NCBI RefSeq assembly: GCF_001194135.2
Contig: NC_069001.1
Location: 24,489,352-24,553,351, forward strand
DNA from: Octopus bimaculoides
Taxonomy: Eukaryota
DNA length: 64,000 nt
Reading direction: 5' to 3'
Part shown: positions 1 to 11,468 of the stretch, one piece after another
Layout of the letters: every line of letters starts with the position of its first letter
Position numbering within the stretch: the first letter of the stretch is position 1
Position numbers and translations under genes: made by a program
Notes under the pieces: generated by a model
What the model was told of the DNA's origin: nothing
Databases searched by the model: none
What the model saw: the letters and a program-made list of their open reading frames with translations, nothing else

Positions 1-258
1 CCATGCTAGCATGGGTTGGATGATTTGATTGAGGACTGGTGAACCAGATGGCTACACCAGGCTCCAATCTGATTTGGCAGAGTTTCTACAGCTGGATGCC
101 CTTCCTAACGCCAACCACTCTGAGAGTGTAGTGGCTGCTTTTACGTGCCACCGGCACGAAAGCTAGTCAGGCGGTACTGGCAACAGCCACGCACAAAATG
201 GTGTATTTTACATGCCACCTGCACAGGAGCCAGTCTAGCAGCACTGGCAATGATCTCA
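1..258 (-). mobile_element. Non-LTR/SINE-like 3'-end element with (GAT)n tail (family D), cut by window start
   Basis: CCATGCTAGCATGGGTTGG...GGATGCCCTTCCTAACGCCAACCAC aligns with copies at 1533, 3896, 8611 and 9397. Confidence 0.8.
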
Positions 259-1532
259 ATGATATTGTATATTTTTAGAATGACAATTTAGGGTAGGTGT
301 GAGAGGCAGGATCTGGCTGGCTTGAACATAAAGTAATTTGAATATTAAGGCTGGTTTAAAAGCTAAAGGGTTAAACAAGGCTAACGAGTGGAGTAAGTCT
401 ATTTAGCCAAGTAGACTAAAGGAGGGTTTGAACATGGAACTCAAAGATCTGAAACAAATACCACAATGTACTCTCCTTGATATTCTAGTAATCCCACTAG
501 TCCAACACTCTACATTAGGAATTATTGTATTGACCTCAGAAGGTCGAATGGCAAGTCAACCATGGTGAGATTTAAAGCGAGAAACCCAACGAGGTAAAGT
601 AAATACTCAAAGCAATTAGTGCAATGTTCGTTATTGAAGAAACTAATATGCAGACCAATGGAATTGCAGTTGATTAGATAAGAGACAATTATCAGCTCAT
701 TTAAAATATGGAGGATTGTTATTGAGGGACTGGTGTGATAGATTAAATAAGTTATTGAAATAACAGTTCCTTTCATATGGTTTTCGCTGGGTGTTGTTGG
801 GTAATACAGTTTAGTGGATAATCTCCTGAAATATCAGCTTATTTGGTATGGTGATGAGTGGGTGGCCGGAGTTTTGCAACATGAGACTTTTTCATTCCCC
901 ACAACTTAACTCGTTGACATGCTACACTATTTTGGATTAAAATCATAGAGTTTAAACAGAAGGTCTCGTTCTGTAAATCTAAATTCATTACATGTTATTG
1001 CAACGAAAAACATCTGGACAGAAGAGACACTTCTTGTATCAGATTTATCTTTGCAGCATGTTCATATTTTTACAAAACCAACAAATGCGTTCTCAATGAA
1101 AACGATAAGCAACAAAAGATTAAGATGAGAGAAAGAGAGAGTGGGATGAAAGGGAAGAGGGAAAGAGAAAAACAGAAACAGACTGTGGTGGAAAAAGAAG
1201 TAGTATGAAAGAGGAGCAGGGATATGGAATGTATACTTCTATGAGTGTTATTTTAATTTTGACAGTCAATGGATTCCAGTGAATCTGATACATTTGAAAT
1301 ACATATGTTAATATATTATAAAGGTTTGGAAATTTGGATGCCTGGTTATATGCTTGTGACTGTATATATCAAATATATATCTATATTTATATTTATCTGT
1401 TTGTCTAGCTTGCTATCTATATATAATCACACTTCTCTCTCTCTCACTTTATATATATAGATACACACACACACACACACACACAAACACATGTGTGTAT
1501 ATATATGTGTGTGTGTATGTGTATATATGAAT

Positions 1533-1693
1533 GAGTGGTTGGCGTTAGGAAGGGCATCCAGCTGTAGAAACTCTGCCAAATTAGATTGGAGCCTGGTGTT
1601 GCCATCCGGTTTCACCAGTCCTCAGTCAAATCGTCCAACCCATGCTAGCATGGAAAGCGGACGTTAAACGATGATGATGATGATGATGATGAT
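1533..1693 (+). mobile_element. Family D short copy with (GAT)n tail
   Basis: GTGGTTGGCGTTAGGAAGGGCATCCAGCTG...GGACGTTAAACGATGATGAT; flanked by TA/TG microsatellite. Confidence 0.85.
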
Positions 1694-1789
1694 ATATATA
1701 TATATAGTCAATAAAACATATATCAAAAAAGAGGCACACTGTAAAGAATAGAGCAGTAATTATTACAACAAAAATTTAAATTTTGGACA

Positions 1790-1852
1790 TAGAGTTACCA
1801 AAGGCTTCATATCCACAAAGCCAAAGCCTTGTGGACAGCTCATCAGACTCTA
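1790..1852 (-). ncRNA. Type I hammerhead ribozyme-like motif (degenerate) 3' of the Penelope ORF
   Basis: UAGAGU CUGAUGA [UCCACAA/UUGUGGA stem II] GAAG CC-UUU-G GUA ACUCUA; stem I is a perfect 6 bp; GAAA is mutated to GAAG. Confidence 0.7.
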
Positions 1853-2550
1853 TACAAGAACAAAAAATTAAGATTTTCTACGTTGCAGATGTTGGGAAAT
1901 GCTAAAAAATTGAGATTTAAGTCTTTACATATAAAAATGACAATGAGGGCGGATTGTCTCCCACTGAACCAGGGGACAAACAATCATTATAGAACTGTAG
2001 AAGCCTAACAAGCAAACAGGGAGATCCAATTTTCCAGTAGGTTGTGCTTGAAGTGGACACATTTAGCAAAAAACTTCTTTACGACTATTTAACGCACCGG
2101 GTTTAGTATAATCCTTAAGAATTTTGGTTCTCTCCAAGATGCAGATTTTGCAAAGGTCACTCCCATTAATATATGGGCCTGGATGATCAATTATTTTCCA
2201 CCTGATATCACACAGGGTCCCTTGATCTTTGAAGTGCCACACATGGCAGGCCAGAGAGATGACAAACCATCTTTCTGGGATTCTGAAGGATGACTGGTGG
2301 TTATAGAAGCGATGTTTGAAAGAGGTACTGGCTGATCTGATATATTTACAAACTTGGGATTTGGCTATATTCTCACTGCTGGTATATTTCTGATACGCTC
2401 TGGGCCCAGAGGTGCTGTTGGTAATACTATTGCTGATTCAGTCGATATGGCATAATGATCCAGCTGTGTTATCGCCATGGTTATCACTACTGGTTTATAT
2501 GGTTTCGATATAGCTGCCAGCGTTAGTGCGAGTGTGGCTGGTGGCAACAA

Positions 2551-2845
2551 ATGGTGTGGGGCCAGTCATCTCATCAGTGTAGATGATAATTGTTTGGTCA
2601 TCATCTGTGGTGGTGGTACTGAGAATGCCAGATACCTCCTGTGTGTCACTGGTCCTGGATTGATCATCATCTCTAGGTGTGGCGATTGTACTGATGATAA
2701 CTTATGGTGCGGGGCTGGTCACTCTGTCCGTGTCTATGACAATGATTTGTTCATCATTTGTGGCAGTGGTACTGGCGTTGTCGGTTAAGCCCACTGTGAC
2801 ACTGGTCTTGGACTGGTCATCATCTCTGGGTGTGGTGATTGTACT
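2551..2845. repeat. Degenerate 153-bp (51-codon) tandem duplication inside the GIY-YIG spacer
   Basis: ATGGTGTGGGGC at 2551 vs ATGGTGCGGGGC at 2704; TCATCATCTGTGGTGG at 2598 vs TCATCATTTGTGGCAG at 2751. Confidence 0.8.
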
Positions 2846-3097
2846 AGTGTGAGATCAGGTTAATCTGCTATTATTGCTGTTGGATGGTGCATTGCTAGTA
2901 ATGTGGATAGCAGGTCTCAGCGTCACCATAGTTTCATAGATGACTCCATCAGCCTTGCATCAGTCTTCTACTGGACAGTTATTATATACCCGGCAAGAAC
3001 AATCTGCCTCCTTTCTTGTATTGTGGGTGCTTGTTAAAACAGGTTTTTATGTTAGGTGCACAACTAAAGGAGACTCTTAGGTTGAGTCTGTTAAATA

Positions 3098-3143
<46 letters not shown>

Positions 3144-3895
3144 AATCTAAGGAAAATCCTTCCCACACAAGTCTTGATGTTGAGTGAGAAGGGTGGAACA
3201 AACCAAATGACGTTTCTGCAGTGCTTCCTTTTCCAAGTGCTAGGTCTCTCCCTCAGAGTGAAAGGTAGCTGTATGGTTTCTGTGTATGGACAGATGTGCT
3301 GCATGGCAGGAAACATGGACTGTGGCTGCAGATGACATGTGAAGGCTTGAAAGAAATGAAGCCAGCATGCTCTGCTGGATGTGGAATGTCAGTGTGCATG
3401 TACAAGAGAATGTGTTTTGGGTAAAAGAGACATCAGATGTAAGGTGCAAGAAAGAAGACTGCTGATATAGTCATGTGATGTGTATGGATGAGGATAGCTG
3501 TGCAAAGAAGTACTGATCCCTAATTGTGGAAGGAACCTGTGAAAGTGATAGACCCCGACTTGGGATGAAGTGGTGAGAAACGATCTTTAGATGCTGAGCC
3601 TCAAAGAGAATATGGTAAGTGACATCTGGCGATTTACTGTGCTTGCAAAGACACATCAAGCTACATGGAATCGTTGCCGTTCACTCATACATGCATGTTC
3701 ATTTTGGCCATGCTATCCCACCTCATATCCACCTTCATTCTTCTTCCCTGTCCTTACTGGGGTAGCCAAGTATCTCCTCCATCATAAGATGACTATCTGT
3801 CCCTCTTTCCTGGCACACACCCACTTCTCTCAATTCCACTCTCTCTCTCTGAACTAAGAAGTCTTTGTCTTTCAACTTACTTGGCAACCCTACAA

Positions 3896-4086
3896 GTACT
3901 GGCACCATGTAAAAAGCTCCTGGTGCCACTCTGTGGGATGGTTGGCATTAGGAAGGGCATCCAGCGGTAGAAACCTACTCAAAACCGACAACTACAGGAG
4001 CCGAGTGCAGCTTACCAGCTCCAGTCAAACCATCCAACCCATGCCAGCATGGAACACAGACGTTGAATGATGATGATGATGATGAT
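3896..4086 (+). mobile_element. Family D copy with (GAT)n tail
   Basis: GGTTGGCATTAGGAAGGGCATCCAGC...CCAACCCATGCCAGCATGGAA...GATGATGAT. Confidence 0.8.
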
Positions 4087-4431
4087 TTATGTATCTAATG
4101 TTTAATGTGGTACAGGAAACCTAAGCATGACCAATACGACCTTCTATTAGATGAGTGTGTAGATTCTCTGATGTTAATAAATGCAAGACTTCTTGTTCAT
4201 TTGTGTATGGTCAAGAGAGCCAGACGAGAGTGTTAAGGTAATTTTAACTGGTGTCATCCTTGTATAAATCTATACACAAGTGGCACAAAAGTGTTCAATA
4301 CTTGCATTGGAGATGTTGCATTTGATACCAGCTGATAATTCACTTGCTTGCCTGAATGAACTCACAGAAGAGAATAACAAAGAGACAAAGTACAGCAACA
4401 GATTGAAGCATCAGCTTTTGTCGTGTGTGTG

Positions 4432-4477
<46 letters not shown>

Positions 4478-4581
4478 TATGTGTGTGTGCATATACAGCT
4501 GTATATGTCTATATATCTATATCTACAAGTCTCAATCTCTCCCTATCATACATTTATATCTGTATCTAACAATCTCTCTAT

Positions 4582-4631
<50 letters not shown>

Positions 4632-4707
4632 GTCCAACCCATGCTAGCATGGAAAGCGGACGTTAAACGATGATGATGATGATGATATATATATACAGCC
4701 ACTCCTG

Positions 4708-4745
<38 letters not shown>

Positions 4746-4832
4746 TATATANNNNNNNNNNNNNNNNNNNNNNNNNNNNNNNNNNNNNNNNNNNNNNNNN
4801 NNNNNNNNNGATGATGATGATGATATATATAT

Positions 4833-5219
4833 ACAGGTGTGGCTGTGTGGTAAGTAGCATGATTACCAACCACATGGTTCCGGGTTCAGTCCCTCTCTGT
4901 GGCACCTTGGGCAAGTGTCTTCTACTATAGCCTTGGGCCGACCAAAACCATGTGAGTGGATTTGGTAGATGGAAACTGAAAGAAGCCCGTCGTATATATG
5001 TATATGTATGTGTGTTTGTGTTTATGTCCCCCCAACATCGCTGGACAACTTATGCTGGTGTGTTTACATCCCTGTAACTTAGTGGTTCAGCAAAAGAGAC
5101 CGATAGAATAAGTACTAGGCTTACAAAGAATAAGTCTTGGGGTCAATTTGCTCGACTAAAGGCAGTGCTCCAGCATGGCCGCAGTAAAATGTCTGAAACA
5201 ACTAAAAGAGTAAAAGAGT
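4833..5219 (+). mobile_element. tRNA-headed SINE, family A (octopus OK/OR-type), full length with central microsatellite
   Basis: A/B-box-like head GGCTGTGTGGTAAG...GGTTCAGTCC, body GGCACCTTGGGCAAGTG, tail TAAAAGAGTAAAAGAG; many alignable copies in the window. Confidence 0.85.
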
Positions 5220-5674
5220 ATATATATAGATATAACACACGCACACACACATACACACACGCATATTCTCACATGGTTAAATACTTAAACGCTTGCATAG
5301 ATACTGACAGACTAACACCTACATACATATATGAATGCATATAAGTAAGAATAACTTTATAAGTAGTTGTCCATGTGAGTATGCACACAGGGACACACAT
5401 GGGCTTATGCACACTCACACACGCATTTAAATCTGGGGCTTCTATGTTTTATGATTTGATATATACACAGTATATGAGCATACACATTTAATAAATATAA
5501 AACAATGGCAATATACATACACACACGCACATGTATACATACATATAGTCATATACATATATACATTTATTCATATCTATAAATCTATATATAAACTTAT
5601 ATATAAATACATATATATGTATATACATATATACATATACTTATATATAAATCTATATATAAATATAAATGTGC

Positions 5675-5723
<49 letters not shown>

Positions 5724-5926
5724 TATAAATGTCTGTGTAAACATATATATATATACACACACCTACACATATGTATATGATTATGTATATGTTTATGTGT
5801 ATATATATATCTATATATCTATATACATACATATAGATATTTCTTAACGTCTTCCTCACGTGGTATTGATGTTCACATGGTCAAAATTAACGTGAGTTAT
5901 TTAGACATTAACAAATTTATTGGAAT

Positions 5927-5988
5927 ATTTAGCTGAAGATCAGAATAGAGTATTCTTTACTCTTAACTGTGAAACGATCGTACTAAAT
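5927..5988 (+). ncRNA. Type I hammerhead ribozyme-like motif
   Basis: AUUUAG CUGAAGA [CAG..GAGUA/UACUC..CUG] GAAAC GAUC GUA CUAAAU; perfect 6-bp stem I, palindromic stem III ACGAUCGU. Confidence 0.8.
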
Positions 5989-6185
5989 TAACTAAAGGCA
6001 GGTGGTTTTTTTACTCTTCTCTACTGTTTTTTGTTCTGTGTGTATCAAAAATATCGCTATCAATCTGGAGTAATAATTTGTAGTTTTGAAATCAGTAGTT
6101 CTTTGACTGCTATTTCTGAATTCTCAGTATGTTGGAGAAGCAGGTTACTGTCAATCCCTATATATTTATGATTATATATACATAC

Positions 6186-6243
<58 letters not shown>

Positions 6244-6263
6244 NNNNNNNNNNNNNNNNNNNN

Positions 6264-6322
<59 letters not shown>

Positions 6323-7550
6323 TAGATGTTTATGTGTATATATATCTCTCCAGTGTACCCAAGACACTTCATATATCCTTTTGAAGTATCAAACCAAAAC
6401 TCAACACAAAAGAAAGATAATACCACTGAATGACTGAAGTATTATTGGCAACTCAAAGAGATAAGCATATATAAGAGAGGAAATGAAAGAATGGTTGCCG
6501 AGAAGAAGACTGACTCACAACATGATACTTTAATTTGTAAAATTATTGCAATATGTCTGTAAAATTTATTGTTTATACATATCTATATTCTATGATATAT
6601 TCGAGACTCTTTTATTCTCTTCTGTTTTATAAATGTAGACAATACCATCATAGGTTGAATTTAATTAATTTCAAATTTCTTATTGAGCCTACTCCGAAGG
6701 AAATTTTACAGCTTCATAGCAATTGAGGTTTTTGTTATGAAGTATATATGATTCTGTTATGTTATGTATACATACAGATCCAGTGTCTGTTTGAAATTTG
6801 AAAAATTTTCTTTTTATTATCAATTTATGTCTTAGACTGTTAAGCATTTTTTTCTGTCTCTGTCATCGTCGAAGATTTAAGTATTGGAAGATGAAAAGAA
6901 TTTTGTTTGCATCCATGGATATATTGTTATCATTCCATCATCTCATTTCCTTCAGCTTGTTTTATGTTGACCCATGCTGACATCGGGTATGCAGTATGTA
7001 TATATACATACATACATACATACATACACACACATAAATATATATACATATACATACATACATACGCACACTTAAATATATATACATATACATACACACA
7101 CATAAATATATATACATATACATACATACATACACACACATAAATATATATACATATACATACATACATACACACACATAAATATATATACATATACATN
7201 NNNNNNNNNNNNNNNNNNNNNNNNNNNNNNNNNNNNNNNNNNNNNNNNNNNNNNNNNNNNNNNNNNNNNNNNNNNNNNNNNNNNNNNNNNNNNNNNNNNN
7301 NNNNNNNNNNNNNNNNNNNNNNNNNNNNNNNNNNNNNNNNNNNNNNNNNNNNNNNNNNNNNNNNNNNNNNNNNNNNNNNNNNNNNNNNNNNNNNNNNNNN
7401 NNNNNNNNNNNNNNNNNNNNNNNNNNNNNNNNNNNNNNNNNNNNNNNNNNNNNNNNNNNNNNNNNNNNNNNNNNNNNNNNNNNNNNNNNNNNNNNNNNNN
7501 NNNNNNNNNNNNNNNNNNNNNNNNNNNNNNNNNNNNNNNNNNNNNNNNNN

Positions 7551-7592
<42 letters not shown>

Positions 7593-8046
7593 GGGTTCAT
7601 AAAGAATCATGGCATAAGAATGCGAAGCATGCCGTTAATTGTCTAGACAGATTCATGCAGAGCAGGCAATGAAGAAATCCATTAGCAGTACCGAAGGCAT
7701 CGATGAAGTTAAGACACTGTTGCCTGATAATCTGCTGTTCCAGTTGTATGCAAAGTATTCAATGCTGAATAAAATATGTAGATTAGCACAAAATAAAAGG
7801 AAACAAATGAATGGATTTCCATGTGTAGTACAATTGTTTTGTTGATAGATTTTATTTTCATTGTAAAGATAAAGCAATTATTCAAGTTATGCAACACCTG
7901 ATGAGGTTGGAAATTGCATAATATAATGCATAATGTGAATAATTTTATTTTGTTTCCAGCAAAATAAAAAAGCTGTTATTGAAACAATTGTAATAACACT
8001 GAGATTATTTTTTTGATTTAATATTTATGATATGATGACAGTGCTG

Positions 8047-8585
8047 GAGGCACAGGTGTGGCCATGTGGTAAGAAGTTTACTTCCCAGCTTCTTAGTATA
8101 GTCCTATGTTCAGTTTTGCCTCACGGCACTGTGGGAAAGTGTTTTCTACTATAGCCTCGGGCAGACCAAAGCCTTGTAAGTGGAGATAGTACGCAGGAAC
8201 TGAAGGAAGCCTCTCATGTCTGTATGTGTGTGTATATATGTTTCGTTTGGGATTTGGTTTGCAAAATTCTTTATATGAATTCGTGTGTTGAAGCATATTT
8301 TGTTGTGTCTGGGGAGAGTTTTAATAAGGCACTAAAAGAGAATGAGTCTCCCCAGACAACAATACATATATATATGTGTATATATGTAGGTGTATGTGTG
8401 TGTGTCTTTGTGTCACTGTTTTCCCCCACCACCACTTGACAACAAGTGTTTGGGCATTTATGTACCCATGACTTAGGGGTTTGGTAAAGGAGTAGGATAG
8501 AATAAGTAACAGGATTTTAAAAAAGTAATGGGGCACTGATTCACTTGGTCAGAGTCTAATTACTGAAAAAAGTAAAAGATAAAAG
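8047..8585 (+). mobile_element. SINE family A (diverged, with internal insertion)
   Basis: GGTGTGGCCATGTGGTAAGAAG head, CTTCTACTATAGCCTCGGGCAGACCAAAGCCTTG body. Confidence 0.7.
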
Positions 8586-8610
8586 ATATACATATAATAT
8601 ATATATATAA

Positions 8611-8769
8611 TCATCATCATCATCATCATCATCATCGTTTAACGTCCGCTTTCCATGCTAGCATGGGTTGGACGATTTGACTGAGGACTGGTGAAACCGG
8701 ATGGCAACACTAGGCTCCAATCTAAATTTGGCAGAGTTTCTACAGCTGGATGCCCTTCCTAACGCCAAC

Positions 8770-8772
<3 letters not shown>
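8611..8772 (-). mobile_element. Family D short copy within (TA)n
   Basis: (CAT)n CGTTTAACGTCCGCTTTCC...CCTAACGCCAACCAC followed directly by (TA)n. Confidence 0.85.
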
Positions 8773-8826
<54 letters not shown>

Positions 8827-9214
8827 TACACATACACACACACATATATATACATGTGGCTTTGTATTTTGTTTTCTGTAAATTCAAACTATATATATAT
8901 ATAAGCATATATATATATGTATAAATATGTGTGTGTGTGTGTGTGTATATATATCCATATACATATGTGAGTTTGTGTGTGTTTATATATATACATATAT
9001 ATATATAAACACACACAAACTCACACATATATATATGTATATATATATATACACACACATATATATATATAGCTGGAGTTTACAGAAAAACAGAAGATGA
9101 AGATAGGCGTATAAACAACAAGCAGGTATATTAGTTTGACACTCGGGGAGGTGAGAAAGTCTTTTATACATTTTGAGCCTACACTCTTCAACAGAAAGGA
9201 ACATGAAGGAGTGC

Positions 9215-9363
9215 CTGTGTGATAAGTAGCTTGCTTAACAACCATATATTTCCGGGTTCAGTCCCACTGCATGGCACCTTGGGCAAGTGTCTTCTACTAT
9301 AGCCTCAGGCCAGCCAAAGCCTTGTGAGTGGATTTGGAGGTCAGAAACTGAAAGAAGCCTGTC

Positions 9364-9399
<36 letters not shown>

Positions 9400-9770
9400 G
9401 TTGGCGTTAGGAAGGGCATCCAGCTGTAGAAACTATGCCAAATCAGATTGGAGCCTGGTGTAGCCCCCTAGTCCACCAGTCCTCAGTCAAATCGTCCAAC
9501 CCATGCTAGCATGGAAGGCAGACGTTAAAGGATGATGATGATGATGATGATGCATGTGTGTGTCTGTGTTTGTCCCCCTAGCATCGCTTGACAACTGATG
9601 TTGGTGTGTTTACATCTCCGTAACATAGCAGTTCGGCAAAAGAGACCAATAGAATATGTACTAGGCTTACAAAGAATAAGTCCTGTGGTCGATTCGCTCG
9701 ACTAAAGGTGGTGCTACAGCATGGCCGCTGTCAAATGACTGAAACAAAAATGTAAAAGAATAAAAGAAAG
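9215..9770 (+). mobile_element. SINE family A split by a nested family D copy (9397-9551)
   Basis: The 5' half ends at GAAGCCTGTCG(TA)n, family D follows, then the 3' half GTCCCCTAGCATCGCTTGAC...GAAACAAAAATG. Confidence 0.8.
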
Positions 9771-10282
9771 AGAGAATAAACAATCTTTTGGAGTTAGTGG
9801 TCAATCATGGTGACTGGCTGGACAAAGGTAGTTAGGCGAACTAGGAAGAAGGGGAGATAATAAAGTATTGGTGATCCCAAAATGAAGGTGGGCGTGCATG
9901 TATGTGACAGTCTGTAAGTGTGTGCATGTGGGTAGGGGCTGGTGACTTTGACATGTGTATGTGTGNNNNNNNNNNNNNNNNNNNNNNNNNNNNNNNNNNN
10001 NNNNNNNNNNNNNNNNNNNNNNNNNNNNNNNNNNNNNNNNNNNNNNNNNNNNNNNNNNNNNNNNNNNNNNNNNNNNNNNNNNNNNNNNNNNNNNNNNNNN
10101 NNAGTGTGGGGATGTGAGGGTCAGGTGTGGTTTTGGGGTGAGGATGTGGCGGTTGGGGTAGAGTATGTGCGAGTGGGATGTTTGGGGTAGGGTGTGGATG
10201 GAGGGGGTATCGCTGAAGGGAGAAGATAGGTAGGAGTGAAGAGAGGAAGTATGTGTCAGATGAAGAGAGATGAGGAGGCAAG

Positions 10283-10486
10283 TCAGATAAAGTTGGGATG
10301 GGAGTTGAGCCCATGGGACATAAAGGAGCGAAGAGAGAAGATTAATTCCTGTTCTCGGCAAAGGCAGGAGTCCGGACAGCCCCTGGGCAAAGACAATCTG
10401 AACACAGACAGGTGTTGTGATGAATGACCAGTATAGTGGAAATGGTGTGAGACCAGGGTGTCAGTGCTGAGTCTAATGTCTCGGAA

Positions 10487-10487
<1 letters not shown>
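10283..10487 (-). mobile_element. Penelope-like GIY-YIG C-terminal fragment (second family)
   Basis: FRDIRLSTDTLVSHHFHYTGHSSQHLSVFRLSLPRGCPDSCLCREQELIFSLRSFMSHGLN* resembles the PLE end motif P(V)AxHF...GH...REQxxIxxLxTxxPxGLN. Confidence 0.75.
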
Positions 10488-10559
<72 letters not shown>

Positions 10560-10560
<1 letters not shown>

Positions 10561-10941
10561 GGAAGCGCCATGGCCCAGTGGCTAGGGCAGCAAACTCACG
10601 GTTGTAGGATTGCGGTTTTGATACCCAGACTGGGCGTTGTGAGTGTTTATTGAGCGAAAGACCCTGAAACTCCATGAGGCTCTGGCAGGGGGGTGGTGGC
10701 GAACCCTGCTGTACTCTTCCACCACAACTTTCTCTTGCTCTTTCTTCCTGTTTCTGTTGTACCTGTATTTCAATGGGCCAGATTGTCACACACGCTATGT
10801 CATTCTGAATCTCCCTGAGAACTATGTTAAGGGTACACGTGTCTATTGAGTGCTCAACCACTTGCATGTTAATTTCAAGAGCAGGCTGTTCCGTTGATCA
10901 GATCAACCTGAACACTCGTTGTCATAACCAACGGAGTGCCA
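10560..10941 (+). mobile_element. tRNA-headed SINE, family C (OR-type), full length
   Basis: GCGCCATGGCCCAGTGGCTAGGGCAGC head, body AAGGGTACACGTGTC...GCAGGCTGTTCCGTTGATC; reverse copy at 12392. Confidence 0.85.
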
Positions 10942-11312
10942 TGATTTTTCGATGGCCCGATAACTGAAAAGATGCCGGTGTGGGTTTTATTATGGCTACC
11001 AAATAATTGTCACATATTATATTTACAGATATATTCCTCTATTTACATAATATCGAGGTCTCTTTCATTCTTTTGTTGTCCTGCCATTTCTATAAATATA
11101 TATATATAATTATGTGTATTTCTTCTATCTTAATGAATAAAAATTCTTCTGATAGAATAAATGGGTTAATAGAAACCAATGTAGCAAAGAACACAAAATA
11201 ACTGTGGTTTAGTTCCTGTTTTTAAGGCAGGAACTCCTTGAAATTTTGGGTATTTGAGTATATTTAAGAATTTAAGGATTGGAGAAAACGCATGTTATAA
11301 TTGCATACTTTA

Positions 11313-11396
11313 TTCCTACATATGTTTCAAAGGATTACAACCTGTGTGATCCATAGGGATCTTTGATATTAAAATTGTAACCTTCTCATCAGGGAA
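11313..11396 (-). ncRNA. Type I hammerhead ribozyme-like motif
   Basis: UUCC CUGAUGA G AAGGUUACAA...UUGUAAUCCUU U GAAAC AUAU GUA GGAA; palindromic stem III ACAUAUGU. Confidence 0.8.
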
Positions 11397-11430
11397 AGCA
11401 TGGGAATCATCTTAAACGTAAGACATTATG

Positions 11431-11468
<38 letters not shown>

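Larger units (their letters stand above)
1740..3680 (-). mobile_element. Decayed Penelope-like retroelement: RT C-terminus, linker, GIY-YIG endonuclease and 3' region
   Basis: Minus-strand translation gives RNVIWFVPPFSLNIKTCVGRIFLRL, LFNRLNLRVSFSCAPNIK, CSCRVYNNCPVED*CKADGVIYETMVT, KYIRSASTSFKHRFYNHQSSFR and WKIIDHPGPYINGSDLCKICILER...LNSRKEVF. These are typical Penelope-like linker and GIY-YIG motifs. There are stops and frameshifts, and a (CA)n insertion at about 3100-3140. Confidence 0.88.

Noticed and set aside
300-1100. Unique-looking segment, possibly a host exon or PLE N-terminus
   Set aside because: All frames are interrupted by stops and no recognisable motif was found
4685-4846. 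Repeated (GAT)n(TA)n and a 14-bp inverted copy of the SINE start around a gap
   Set aside because: Spans an N gap in microsatellite; cannot be distinguished from mis-assembly
7885-7998. CUGAUGA...GAAAC AAUU GUA hammerhead candidate
   Set aside because: Stem I does not pair adjacent to the core (GTTAT/ATAAC is offset by 7 nt) and stem II does not close; at best a broken relic
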